Below, piece by piece: positions 44,756-53,787 of a stretch of DNA of 64,000 bases. The stretch comes from Candidatus Kaiserbacteria bacterium RIFCSPLOWO2_01_FULL_50_24 (GTDB taxonomy: Bacteria > Patescibacteriota > Minisyncoccia > Phycocordibacterales > UBA2100). The stretch covers positions 4,948 to 68,947 of the forward strand of contig MFLU01000002.1 of NCBI GenBank assembly GCA_001783335.1, read 5' to 3'. A program made the translations under genes and the position numbers. The stretch's first letter is position 1. The number at the start of each line of letters is the position of its first letter. The notes under the pieces are model-generated. The model was not told the origin of the DNA. It did no database searches and worked only from the letters and a program-made list of their open reading frames with translations.

Positions 44756-46527
44756 ATATCAAGCACGGACTGATTGTTCACATTACACCAGCCAATAGTA
44801 GGGTCGGTGGAATCGGCCCACGCGACTATCGTATCTTCTACGAGCGACTTAACCGCACTATTCACATCCTCAAGTTGTTTTTGTGCCGCCACGAGGTCGT
44901 ACTGATTATGGAGAAGTTTTTGCGCGACAAGCGAATCCAACTGTTCAAGCGCGAGACGCTGATTGGTAACCGACGATGTGTTCGTCACTCCCGCGATAAG
45001 CTGGTTTATCAATTGCACCGCTTTTTCCGATGCTTGTACGTCGTTCGCTACTTGGACCGCGACGGGCGACACTTGCGCGTCAATGACCGCTTGCGATTCG
45101 GCGGTTGATGTTGCGACGTTCAGTGTCCCGCCTCCTACCGTTTGACACTTCCCCCCCGACACGGGCGTCGCACACACTCTGTCTATGATTAAGTTCCAGC
45201 ACTGCCGCTCCGCAGAACGCAGTTGGTTGACGAGGGAAGTGAGTGTTTGCGCGATTTTACGTTTGGCTTCCCAAAACGCAGTCTCTATCTGACGCGCGGC
45301 GTTCAAAATACCTATAGCCACATTTGCCACGGCGTTGCGCAACCCCTGCCCGGACTCTGCAGCCATTCTATCGAGGTACGACGGCTGCCCGCCGAGCGAC
45401 TGCGTGAGCCCGTAAAGACCGCGTGTGTCGGTGGACGCCTGCGTGGAGAGGCCGGAGAAAAGCGCACTCACGATTTGGTCTATCTCGGTCGCGCTTTCCA
45501 ACTGTTTGCGGCCGCTGTCCAGTGTTACCCAGAGCGACCGGGCGATGAGCATGCTCGGCGTCACGATATTTGCTGTAAATGGATTATCAAGGTCGTCTTT
45601 CTGCGCGTAAAAGCCGTCGCCCCAGTCCCATTCTTGTCGCACGTTTTGTTCCAGTTGGGTTAGTTGCATCTCTACATTTTCTCGCGCGAGTATGAATGCG
45701 CCTAGCTCGTGGTTCGCGGGATTGAGCCCGTATTCCATGAGGCCGGAAAGTCCGCCGCACTTGGTCATGTCACCGTCCAAGAATGCTCGCCGATCCGCGT
45801 CAGAGCAGGTAATGGTGCACGCGAACGCACTGTTTGTTTTTTGGGTTGTCATATAGTAATTGCGTGCGATGGCGGGCCGCACCTTGTCTTTAAATGTAGA
45901 GCATAATGGCGACAAGTATTCTTCACTCTTGAGAAGTTGCACAAATCCCTTACTTTCTTCTTCCAGTAATTCGTATCGAATATTTTGTACATACTGTGGA
46001 TTGCCGCCACGCCCTGATACCGCATCGGTAATTCGCTTTTTCGCTAATCCCGACGTGAGGCTCTCTACTTGTCTTTTGATAACGCCGTCCAATACGCATT
46101 CTTTATAAATGAGGTAGCCGGTGTTAAGGGTTACGGCCGCATCGTTGACGGGTACATAGATGCTCCCGCGCGCGGCAAGCGCGCCCACGCTCATGGAGTA
46201 CGAGCCCGTCTGGTTACAGCCGAATATTCCTTCTCGCTGAAACTGGTAATCTTCCGTTGCGGGCGTTGGAGGCTGTGTGGCGTCTTGTGCAGACGCGAAC
46301 GCCGGAGTAGCAAGAAGCGCGAGCATTAGTATGTATACTCTGGAATTCATAGCGGATTTTGATCGCGAGCGAACCGCACAAAACTCGTCGCGAGGGTCAA
46401 AGACGGGCTTGACGACGTGCCCAAGGCACGGTGAGAGGCCGTCTGCATGCCCGCAGCAGAGTTTTGTGCGGCGCAGCCGCGAGACGAGACTGTATTGTTT
46501 GCTTTTTTCATAGTCCGAGCTGGTCAA
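44728..46527 (-). CDS. Hypothetical secreted protein of the T4SS-like locus
   Basis: Internal signal peptide (MNSRVYILMLALLATPAFASAQ). Cys-containing N-domain, Q/A-rich C-terminal half. It overlaps the virB6-like start by 28 nt. Confidence 0.45.
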   Translation of the reverse strand: MTSSDYEKSKQYSLVSRLRRTKLCCGHADGLSPCLGHVVKPVFDPRDEFCAVRSRSKSAMNSRVYILMLALLATPAFASAQDATQPPTPATEDYQFQREGIFGCNQTGSYSMSVGALAARGSIYVPVNDAAVTLNTGYLIYKECVLDGVIKRQVESLTSGLAKKRITDAVSGRGGNPQYVQNIRYELLEEESKGFVQLLKSEEYLSPLCSTFKDKVRPAIARNYYMTTQKTNSAFACTITCSDADRRAFLDGDMTKCGGLSGLMEYGLNPANHELGAFILARENVEMQLTQLEQNVRQEWDWGDGFYAQKDDLDNPFTANIVTPSMLIARSLWVTLDSGRKQLESATEIDQIVSALFSGLSTQASTDTRGLYGLTQSLGGQPSYLDRMAAESGQGLRNAVANVAIGILNAARQIETAFWEAKRKIAQTLTSLVNQLRSAERQCWNLIIDRVCATPVSGGKCQTVGGGTLNVATSTAESQAVIDAQVSPVAVQVANDVQASEKAVQLINQLIAGVTNTSSVTNQRLALEQLDSLVAQKLLHNQYDLVAAQKQLEDVNSAVKSLVEDTIVAWADSTDPTIGWCNVNNQSVLDMWIDRWKTQ

Positions 46528-46558
46528 AATCCGCTATGAGTTCCTTGTGTTATTCATA

Positions 46559-47446
46559 CTATTCGGTTTTGCGCACGTAGTATGTGGCGAGCGCGTCAAA
46601 CGAGTAGAAGACCTCACGCTCCACGGCGTTATACGTTTGGAGGAGAACCGCCGAGGCGAACGGGTCGGTGCCGTGGTTTGCCATTCCCTCAAGCACTGCC
46701 GCGAACGCGATGAGCGCGTTCACAACACGAGCGTGTTTGTCTCCTGCGTCTTTGGGCACGGTAACTTCTGCGGCGTGTTCAGCCGCGACGCGATATTTCT
46801 CTGCTATCGGCATCAAATCTGCAAGGTATGCAGGGTCCTCTGTTTCAATGTAGCGCGCGAACAGGTCAAACTCCGATACGCGATTTTCAAAAAGCGGCAT
46901 AAGCGCCTCGCGGAGGAGATTGCGATACACGAGAGCGCTCTCGTGGGAAATGTCGGGAGTGAGTGTGAATGACTCCGCACTGTAGCGCTCAAAGTGTGGT
47001 GTGTATCGCATGCTTTGTGCCACACTTTTTCCTATGAGATTCCCCTTGTCTTCCGTATATGTTTCAGCTTGTTTCAGCGCTATGTATTGTCCTAAGAGCT
47101 GTATGCCGATAACTTCCCCGGCGTACGTAAGGAGTTCGTCGTCTGGGGATGTATATATACGCTCTTTGGTTGTGGTGCTCTCGGTTTCGCCATACGCGGC
47201 GAGCAATTTTTTCCAGTCCACATTGTCCGCTTGTTGTTCTCTAGGTGCGGTAAGTAAAAACGAAGGGGTCTCTTCGTGGACTGCGTATTGAAGCGCCTTT
47301 CTTGGTCCCTGCAACTCCGCCATTTGCCAGCCGAGTGCCGCAAGAAGAGCGGCGATAGCCACGGCGGCGGTAGTTGTAATGGATCCACGTCTCGTTAGAG
47401 GCGGTGTCTTTAACGGGGCACGTTTACGAACGTGTAATTCTCCCAT
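46559..47446 (-). CDS. Hypothetical membrane-anchored protein
   Basis: Single N-terminal TM helix (TTAAVAIAALLAALGW), then a soluble domain. Confidence 0.4.
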   Translation of the reverse strand: MGELHVRKRAPLKTPPLTRRGSITTTAAVAIAALLAALGWQMAELQGPRKALQYAVHEETPSFLLTAPREQQADNVDWKKLLAAYGETESTTTKERIYTSPDDELLTYAGEVIGIQLLGQYIALKQAETYTEDKGNLIGKSVAQSMRYTPHFERYSAESFTLTPDISHESALVYRNLLREALMPLFENRVSEFDLFARYIETEDPAYLADLMPIAEKYRVAAEHAAEVTVPKDAGDKHARVVNALIAFAAVLEGMANHGTDPFASAVLLQTYNAVEREVFYSFDALATYYVRKTE

Positions 47447-47483
47447 TCTTCTATGGTATCACGCCCAAATTACGCGGCGGTGC

Positions 47484-48392
47484 TCAAAACGCGGTTGCTG
47501 GTGAAAACGTGAACACACTCCCCGGCTCGTGGGAGGAGAAGGATATTTCTGCCACGGAAAAAAATGTGGCGAGCGTTACTACGGCGGTGACGAGTGAATC
47601 GGCGGCGGCGTTGGATTCATTAATATGGTCAAGGAGTTCGCTATCATTTTGCGCTCCGGTAATCGCACCCAATTTACTTCCCGCGTCTTTATACCGCTCT
47701 GCGATAAGAGCGTGCATGCCCGAAAGGCTCTCTGGAACAAATACCATTGCGAGCATCTCTTCTCCGACATGTGCTATTGAAAGTCCAAGGCGGCGCACCT
47801 CCTCCTCCTTCGTGGTATTTTCGCGGTCTGCGTAAAAGTCTTTTAAAATAGAAACTGCGCGCGTGCCGTACGAGGCTTCGTATGCATGTATGTAGGACCC
47901 AACCTCGTTGCCGTATTCATAGAGCACGTGTTCCTCGTCGCTTCGATCCGGCGGTTCAGAAACGGCGCGAAGCCCCTGCGGAACAAGCGAGTATATTTCG
48001 TCAAGAAAAGAGGTGTCTTCTGTGGCAAGAACTGGGTACGAAGACGGGCGTACGGAAGATAGAAGGAGCGTGTATACATCGAGCACATCTTTCTCAGGCT
48101 TATTCTCATCTGGAGCAGACAGAGCCGGAAGCGGCGGACTGTATTGAAACGGCGAGAGTTGTACAAACGAATCGGAAATGTCACGCTTAGGCGCAGATAG
48201 GGCGGGTACATATATGCCACTCGTTCCTCCCCATGTGGTCGCATACGGGGGGGGATTATGTGCGGTGCGCGAAGATACTATGAGGAGCCCGACTAGGACG
48301 AGCGCCGCCACGCCACCTATGATTGGAAGGAGTGAATGGTTCTGAAGCCACATGAGAGTAGTATAACGCAAAATCCAAGTCGCAGGAATCAA
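47484..48392 (-). CDS. Hypothetical membrane-anchored protein (first gene of the locus)
   Basis: N-terminal TM helix (LLPIIGGVAALVLVGLLIV) and a Pro-rich linker. Confidence 0.4.
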   Translation of the reverse strand: MIPATWILRYTTLMWLQNHSLLPIIGGVAALVLVGLLIVSSRTAHNPPPYATTWGGTSGIYVPALSAPKRDISDSFVQLSPFQYSPPLPALSAPDENKPEKDVLDVYTLLLSSVRPSSYPVLATEDTSFLDEIYSLVPQGLRAVSEPPDRSDEEHVLYEYGNEVGSYIHAYEASYGTRAVSILKDFYADRENTTKEEEVRRLGLSIAHVGEEMLAMVFVPESLSGMHALIAERYKDAGSKLGAITGAQNDSELLDHINESNAAADSLVTAVVTLATFFSVAEISFSSHEPGSVFTFSPATAF

Positions 48393-48394
48393 AC

Positions 48395-48570
48395 GACTGC
48401 TAAAATTCCAAGTACCAAACGAACATTAAAATTCCAAGCACCAAATTACAAACAATGTCTAAATTCCAATTACCAAATACCAAACACGACATGCCCGTTT
48501 TGAATTTGTTATTTCGGTGTTTTGAATTTGTTTGGAATTTGGGATTTGTAATTTGGATTTCATGATGTGT
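48395..48570. repeat. Family A palindromic element, copy 5 (in the divergent promoter region)
   Basis: ACCAAACGAACATTAAAATTCCAAGCACCAAATTACAAACAATGTCTAAATTCCAATTACCAAATACCAAACAC...GTTTTGAATTTGTTATTTCGGTGTTTTGAATTTGTTTGGAATTTGGGATTTG. Confidence 0.65.
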
Positions 48571-48594
48571 ACGCTAGTGGTATACTAGAATCAT

Positions 48595-48921
48595 ATGACG
48601 CGCACTATTTCAGGTATCATATTTTGCGCGTGTCTATTCACGCTGTCGGCTCCCCTGTTTGTTCACGCGTTTCCCTTCGGTGGACAGATTTCGCTCATTA
48701 GACCATGCTACAACAACGCCATTTTTGTGCGCGTCGGACCGCCACGTGGTGGCGATTTCATCTGGACGCCTTCCACTAAAACGTACTTATTTAGTCCGCC
48801 GCGCCGCGCCGGCCAATGGCTTTTGGGGCTCACGGGCGTACCCTACCAGTGCATAGTAACACTTCAGCCGCTTGACACCTGGCCAGGCATTCACATAATG
48901 ATGATGGGGAGCAGTCGCTGA
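48595..48921 (+). CDS. Hypothetical small secreted protein
   Basis: Signal peptide MTRTISGIIFCACLFTLSAPLFVHA. The 3' end overlaps the first unit of a GC-rich direct repeat. Confidence 0.35.
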   Translation: MTRTISGIIFCACLFTLSAPLFVHAFPFGGQISLIRPCYNNAIFVRVGPPRGGDFIWTPSTKTYLFSPPRRAGQWLLGLTGVPYQCIVTLQPLDTWPGIHIMMMGSSR

Positions 48922-49124
48922 TGCGGAATGGTTGACCATTCTGCATAGACGACTGCTCGGCCGGAGCGATGCCGAGCCAGCAGGCGAGGCCGCGAGGCGT
49001 GGTCACGACCGAGTCCGAGCGACGGCGAGGACTAGAGCTGTGACGCAGTCGCTGATGCGGAATGGTTGACCATTCTGCATAGACGACTGCTCGGCCGGAG
49101 CGATGCCGAGCCAGTAGGCGAGAA
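48912..49124. repeat. Pair of about 78 bp direct repeats (one mismatch), each with a nested hairpin GCAGTCG-CTGAT-GCGGAATGGTTGACCATTCTGC-ATAGA-CGACTGC
   Basis: Units at 48912-48990 and 49046-49124. They lie within a roughly 440 bp non-coding block of about 65% GC (48925-49360). Confidence 0.6.
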
Positions 49125-49364
49125 GCGAGCGAAGCGTAGCTTCGCAAGGCCGGAGGCGCGTCGGCGCCGAGGCGGGATCGCGCAATTCGCCAGCAGGCGA
49201 ATATGCGTGACAGACCGCGAGGCGGGTGAGGCGTGCCGGGGGCACGCCGCAAGACCTTCTGAGGTATTTTGGAGCACGTAGTGCGAACAAAATATCCAGA
49301 AGGTATACTGATCCTGTAAGGATCGACGGGCTCCGAGCGGAAGCGAGGAGAACCGGTGGTCGAG

Positions 49365-49500
49365 CTGATAAAAATTAAAAAGGAAAAAGTAAAAACGACA
49401 ATTAAAAGTTAAAAATTATCCAAATTGTAACGACAGCGGACGTTTTACATTTTAAACTGCAATTTTTACTTTTTCATTCTTAATTTTTAATTTAAAATAT
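49365..49500. repeat. Family B palindromic element immediately upstream of the sod gene
   Basis: AAAAATTAAAAAGGAAAAAGTAAAAACGACAATTAAAAGTT ... TTTTACTTTTTCATTCTTAATTTTTAATTT. Confidence 0.55.
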
Positions 49501-50098
49501 GCACACCTACGAACCAAAAAGCTTCTCCCTACCAGCCCTTGATGGAATTTCGGAAAAACAAATCGACGCGCATCTCGGTCTCTACCAAGGATACGTAAAA
49601 CACATTAATCTTTTGCGTGAGCAGATTGCGGATTTAACGAATGAGGACGCTGAAAAGTACGCGTTCGCGATTGAATCCACACGTCGCCGCATGGGTTTTG
49701 AGTTTAATGGCATGCGCATGCACGAATTTTATTTTCCACAGTGGGAAGGTGGTTCGACTTCGCAGACCACAGGAGGCGCGCTTGAGAAAGTACTCGTGGA
49801 GAAATATGGTTCGTGGGACGGTTTCTTGACGCACTTCAAAAAAGTCGGGATGTCGCGCGGGAGCGGTTGGGCAACTCTCTGTTGGGACAAGAAAGGAAAG
49901 ACGCCGCACGTGTGGTGGACGGTTGACCACGAGCTAGGCATGCTCGCCGACGTTCGGATCCTTCTCGCGATGGATATGTGGGAGCATGCCTACATGGTGG
50001 ATTATCTGCCGGTGGAAAAAATGAAGCACATTGAAGCATTTCTTAAAAATTTGAACTGGGGTGTGGTGGAAGCGCGATTTGAGAGCGCCCTGTCGTGA
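49499..50098 (+). CDS. sodA: Fe/Mn-family superoxide dismutase
   Basis: Metal-ligand motif DMWEHAYMVDY (the D-x-W-E-H-A-Y signature) and HxxxH N-terminal-domain residues. 199 aa. Confidence 0.85.
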   Translation: MHTYEPKSFSLPALDGISEKQIDAHLGLYQGYVKHINLLREQIADLTNEDAEKYAFAIESTRRRMGFEFNGMRMHEFYFPQWEGGSTSQTTGGALEKVLVEKYGSWDGFLTHFKKVGMSRGSGWATLCWDKKGKTPHVWWTVDHELGMLADVRILLAMDMWEHAYMVDYLPVEKMKHIEAFLKNLNWGVVEARFESALS

Positions 50099-50193
50099 TT
50101 TTCAGCGAGTTCGTACAAACACGGACAAATTGACCAAGGGGGTTTGTTCGTGCAGAATTACAGTAGACGAAGCGTGCTCATGGGAGGCGCGTA

Positions 50194-50558
50194 TGACCCG
50201 CGAAACGAGCGTGGCCGAGAAAAGTAAAGAAGAGGAAGACAGAGAGGAGATCTTGTATGTGCTCGGGGCATATGCAATGGGTATTGAACCACGAGACATA
50301 TGTGCGTCTGCGCGTCTTGAAACACTCGCGAATGCGGTTGGTTTGTTTATAGATCGCGGATACATAGAGGACGTTGGGGAAACGGTAAACGACATCTGTG
50401 AAAAAGCGAATGAATGCGGTCTCGGAAAGACGGCGTGGCTGGAAAAACTCAAGAAAAAGGCCGGCATCCCTACGGGCGACCCCGATGTGCAGGAGCGTGA
50501 TGACGGGGGCGAATATGGGGACGAGGACGATGATGTAGACGAGACTGAAGATAAGTAA
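50194..50558 (+). CDS. Hypothetical small acidic protein
   Basis: About 121 aa with a D/E-rich C-terminus (DDGGEYGDEDDDVDETEDK). The start was chosen at MTRETSV. Confidence 0.35.
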
Positions 50559-50595
50559 TCCTACTGCGGCGGAGAACACATGCTCCGCCGCGATT

Positions 50596-52095
50596 TCATT
50601 TTGCGCTGGACCCTGAATTTTTGCGGCGCACATACCATAAGAGCGCCGCGTAGGCGGCCACGACCCACACGAAGTTGAATGTACCGAGCGGAATACTCGC
50701 AAGCGGCAGATGAGCCAAAAAATCGGCTACTCCCACAAAGTATGAAAGAAGCAGGTGTGCCGGCAGTGCGACAGTGGGCGCGAGCCACTCGACTGCGCCG
50801 AGGGCAGGCAGGCCAAACACGAGTCCTGCGATGGAAGCGAGTATGGAGAAAAACATTGCGGCGGGTAGTGCCGCTAGGACAAGCATGTTGGCAGGGAGTG
50901 AAAAGAGCGAGAACGCGCCACTCTGATAGAGAAGAAGCGGGAGCACGGCTGTTTGTGTTGCAATCGTTGTAGCCGCGATTTCTTGTATTCTGGGCCAGCG
51001 TGCCAAGCGCGCGCAGAAAGGCAGAATGTTTGGCGTTAACATAACGATGCCCCACGTGGCGGCTATGGACAACTGAAACCCAGGATCAAAAGCGAGGACG
51101 TATGGGTTCCACAGAATCATGCCGAATGCAACGAATGCTAGCGCGCGAATGGTAAGGTAGGTACGTTTTGTGGCGCGCCCAGCCATACCGATAATTGCCA
51201 TTGCCGCGGCACGCACCGAAGGCGCCGCGGCACCCGTCATGATGACAAATGAGATTGCCACCATGCCGCCGACACCGAAGCGAACGCTCTGCGGCGCCCA
51301 CGCGAACATTTTGGAAAGTGCGTTAATAACAACCATAATGTTGTAGCCGGACAAGACCACAATGTGAATGAGTGCTGTCGTGCGAAACATGTCTGAAAGT
51401 TCTCCGCCGAGCGCGCGTTTATCCCCCACCGTGATGCCTCCCGCAAGCGCGGCGGACGGCTCGGGAAGCGCGCGCTGAAGTCCTTCCAGATATTTTTGTT
51501 TTATCCAGAGAACGTTTTTTACAAATAAATTTCCCTCGTTCTCGCCGATTTTTTCTGCTAGTGCGAACGAGAGCGTGTACAGTATGCCGTCTTTTTTTAG
51601 GAACGCCGGATAGTTGAACGCGCGGCCCGTGTCCGTTTCGAAACGCTCCGGAAGAGTTAGTGTGCCGGTGACACTAACTTTGTCGCCGTACACAATGGTG
51701 CTATAGAGGGGGACTACCGCAAGCACTCCAAGCGACTCTGTAGCACCATGTACCTCTGTTTGTATGTGAATGCGCGTGCTATTCTCTCGCACGTCCGGTT
51801 CTCTAACCGCGACACCCTCTAGGGTTACTTCTTGACCAAGTCGCTGGTCTAATGCCGCATCTCGCGGAGAGTCCGCGAGATGCATGCGAGCGATTCCAGC
51901 GGCGCTGGCCAGAAAAAATACGGCACACAACGCCGCACTTGTTCTCGTCTTGGCATCAAGCGCGGCAAACACACCAATCGCGCCAGCGATCAACAACACC
52001 CCGCCTGTCGCGGCCCATCCGAGTGAAACAAATGACGCAAGAAAAACACCGGCCGCGAAGCCGACGACTGTCGCCCAAAAAATACGCACGCCCAT
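50596..52095 (-). CDS. comEC: ComEC/Rec2-family DNA internalisation channel protein (no metallo-beta-lactamase domain)
   Basis: Polytopic. Competence-domain motif LAGGITVGDKRALGGELSDMFRTTALIHIVVLSGYNIMVV. The start was chosen at MGVRIF to avoid overlap with mscL. Confidence 0.7.
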   Translation of the reverse strand: MGVRIFWATVVGFAAGVFLASFVSLGWAATGGVLLIAGAIGVFAALDAKTRTSAALCAVFFLASAAGIARMHLADSPRDAALDQRLGQEVTLEGVAVREPDVRENSTRIHIQTEVHGATESLGVLAVVPLYSTIVYGDKVSVTGTLTLPERFETDTGRAFNYPAFLKKDGILYTLSFALAEKIGENEGNLFVKNVLWIKQKYLEGLQRALPEPSAALAGGITVGDKRALGGELSDMFRTTALIHIVVLSGYNIMVVINALSKMFAWAPQSVRFGVGGMVAISFVIMTGAAAPSVRAAAMAIIGMAGRATKRTYLTIRALAFVAFGMILWNPYVLAFDPGFQLSIAATWGIVMLTPNILPFCARLARWPRIQEIAATTIATQTAVLPLLLYQSGAFSLFSLPANMLVLAALPAAMFFSILASIAGLVFGLPALGAVEWLAPTVALPAHLLLSYFVGVADFLAHLPLASIPLGTFNFVWVVAAYAALLWYVRRKNSGSSAK

Positions 52096-52111
52096 TGGCG
52101 GGAATAATAGA

Positions 52112-52411
52112 TTATGCGCGCGGCTTATCCAAGCTCGCGAGACCGAGCACTTTGAATATAAGGTATACCGCGAGCGCAAGAACAAAAAAATCAACGACTG
52201 CTCCTATGAATTTTCCTATCGCGATAGTGCCCAAGTGAACATCCGCAAGTCGCTGGGTGCCGCCGAAAAGATAGACGAGGGTCGGATTAATGATGTCGGC
52301 AGAAAATGACGTGGTAACGCGTGAGACCGCGCCACCCAAAACAAAGCCGATCGCGAGCCCCATGACGCCGCGTTCTCGGATGAAATCTATAAAACCAAGT
52401 ATCTGTTGCAT
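52112..52411 (-). CDS. mscL: Large-conductance mechanosensitive channel MscL
   Basis: 99 aa. GFIDFIRERGVMGLAIGFVLGGAVSRVTTSFSADIINP matches the MscL TM1/loop consensus. Confidence 0.8.
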   Translation of the reverse strand: MQQILGFIDFIRERGVMGLAIGFVLGGAVSRVTTSFSADIINPTLVYLFGGTQRLADVHLGTIAIGKFIGAVVDFFVLALAVYLIFKVLGLASLDKPRA

Positions 52412-52502
52412 AACTCCCCATTATCCACTCTATTCCACTTTTGTCTATTTCCACTAACGCAAGTTCTTGCGTTAGTGGAATACGCGGTTTAAACCACATT
52501 TG

Positions 52503-52550
52503 CACACACTACACATTTGGTCCGGTCGGCCCAAATGTGTAGTGTGTAAA
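52503..52550. repeat. Family F palindrome CACACTACACATTTGGTCCGGTCGGCCCAAATGTGTAGTGTG
   Basis: Read directly. Related copy at 28525-28568. Confidence 0.6.
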
Positions 52551-52570
52551 ACAAGTCTCCCGAGTGTCTT

Positions 52571-52978
52571 TTAGAGCATGTCTATTGCCTCGTTGACGAG
52601 CGCGTCCGCCTCCGCATTCTTTTCGCGCGGTATGTGCACAAAGCGATGATTTGGAAAGTGCGCCACCAAAAGATTATGCACTTTCATATACTGCGGCCAA
52701 AGCGTTTCTTCTTTCACTTGATACTCGTTGTTCATCTGGCGAACGATGAGTTCGCTGTCCATTCGTATCTCTATTTCCTTTCCTTTTAACCCGCGTTTTT
52801 TTGCTTCCTCAAGTCCGAGTATCACTGCCCCATACTCCGCCCAATTATTCGTACGATTATCCCCAAGAAATTTCTTGTGCTCGAACAATCTTTTATTCCC
52901 TTCGTACGCAACGATACCTGCACCGGCTGGGCCTGGATTCCCACGTGCTCCACCGTCGGTGTATAGAATAATCGACAT
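52571..52978 (-). CDS. rnhA: Ribonuclease HI
   Basis: MSIILYTDGGARGNPGPAGAGIV (DGG..GNPG motif), TNNWAEYGAVILGL, and C-terminal HIPREKNAEADALVN. Confidence 0.85.
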   Translation of the reverse strand: MSIILYTDGGARGNPGPAGAGIVAYEGNKRLFEHKKFLGDNRTNNWAEYGAVILGLEEAKKRGLKGKEIEIRMDSELIVRQMNNEYQVKEETLWPQYMKVHNLLVAHFPNHRFVHIPREKNAEADALVNEAIDML

Positions 52979-52980
52979 GC

Positions 52981-53625
52981 CTATGTTGATGTCGGGACCA
53001 CTTCACTCGCTCGGTGTTCCAGTGTTCGGTATACGTGCACAAATGCGAGTGCTGAAACTGGCAGGGTAACGAGGAGTCCGACAAAGAGCGCGAGTGCTCC
53101 GGCGACATTCAGAAGCCCGAGAACAACAACCACTCCTAGAAGTGTCCACCTATACCCTTTTGTGATGCGTATACTTTCTTTTAGCGCACCAATAGGGCCA
53201 AGTGCACGATCTACAACGATGTACGGTGCAAACGCGAACATGAGTGTGAGAATGATGCCTGGGACGACAAGAAGAATAAGTCCGAAAAGGACCGCGATAC
53301 CAATTAAAATTTTTGCCGCAAGATAGTACCAGAACGGCATGGGCGAAAAAAGCCCGGAGAGTTTTATTGACCCAACGTTCTCGTGTGCCTTAAGCGCAAG
53401 ATTGACGAGCGCGATTTCTATTATTGTGCCGATTGCTATGGATGCAAGTATGACGGCAATATTGAGCGCGGCCGGTACCTCTCTAGACTCTGCCCCGTCT
53501 GTCGCGAGTGAAATGATTCCGATAATAGAGAAGTATGCAGCATATACGCCGACAAAAAACCATAGCCTTTTCTTGAACGTTTTCCAGCCGAAGCGCACAC
53601 ACTCCTTTATCGACAGTTGTTGCAT
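52981..53625 (-). CDS. Hypothetical polytopic membrane protein
   Basis: 214 aa with about 5 TM helices. Confidence 0.4.
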   Translation of the reverse strand: MQQLSIKECVRFGWKTFKKRLWFFVGVYAAYFSIIGIISLATDGAESREVPAALNIAVILASIAIGTIIEIALVNLALKAHENVGSIKLSGLFSPMPFWYYLAAKILIGIAVLFGLILLVVPGIILTLMFAFAPYIVVDRALGPIGALKESIRITKGYRWTLLGVVVVLGLLNVAGALALFVGLLVTLPVSALAFVHVYRTLEHRASEVVPTST

Positions 53626-53649
53626 GAGTACATTGTATTACTGGAATGC

Positions 53650-53692
53650 GCCGAGAACACCCTGTGCTTGTGTACAGGGCGTTCTCGGCGCA
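53650..53692. repeat. 19 bp-stem palindrome TGCGCCGAGAACACCCTGT-GCTTGTGT-ACAGGGCGTTCTCGGCGCA, followed by further GC hairpins up to about 53790
   Basis: Read directly. A related TGCGCCGAGAATGCCCAGCGCTTGTGCGCGG lies at 58101. Confidence 0.5.
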
Positions 53693-53787
53693 ATCGTGAT
53701 TTGTGCGGCCGGTGGCCGCTCCTATTGGAGACAAAAACGCCATGGTTCGGCTCGCCTCCTCTGTGGGGATGGGGCGAGCCGACGTTT

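Noticed and set aside
48912-49124. Diversity-generating retroelement TR/VR pair next to the 48595 ORF.
   Set aside because: The two 78 bp copies differ at a single C/T position, not at adenine-specific sites. No reverse transcriptase gene is present.
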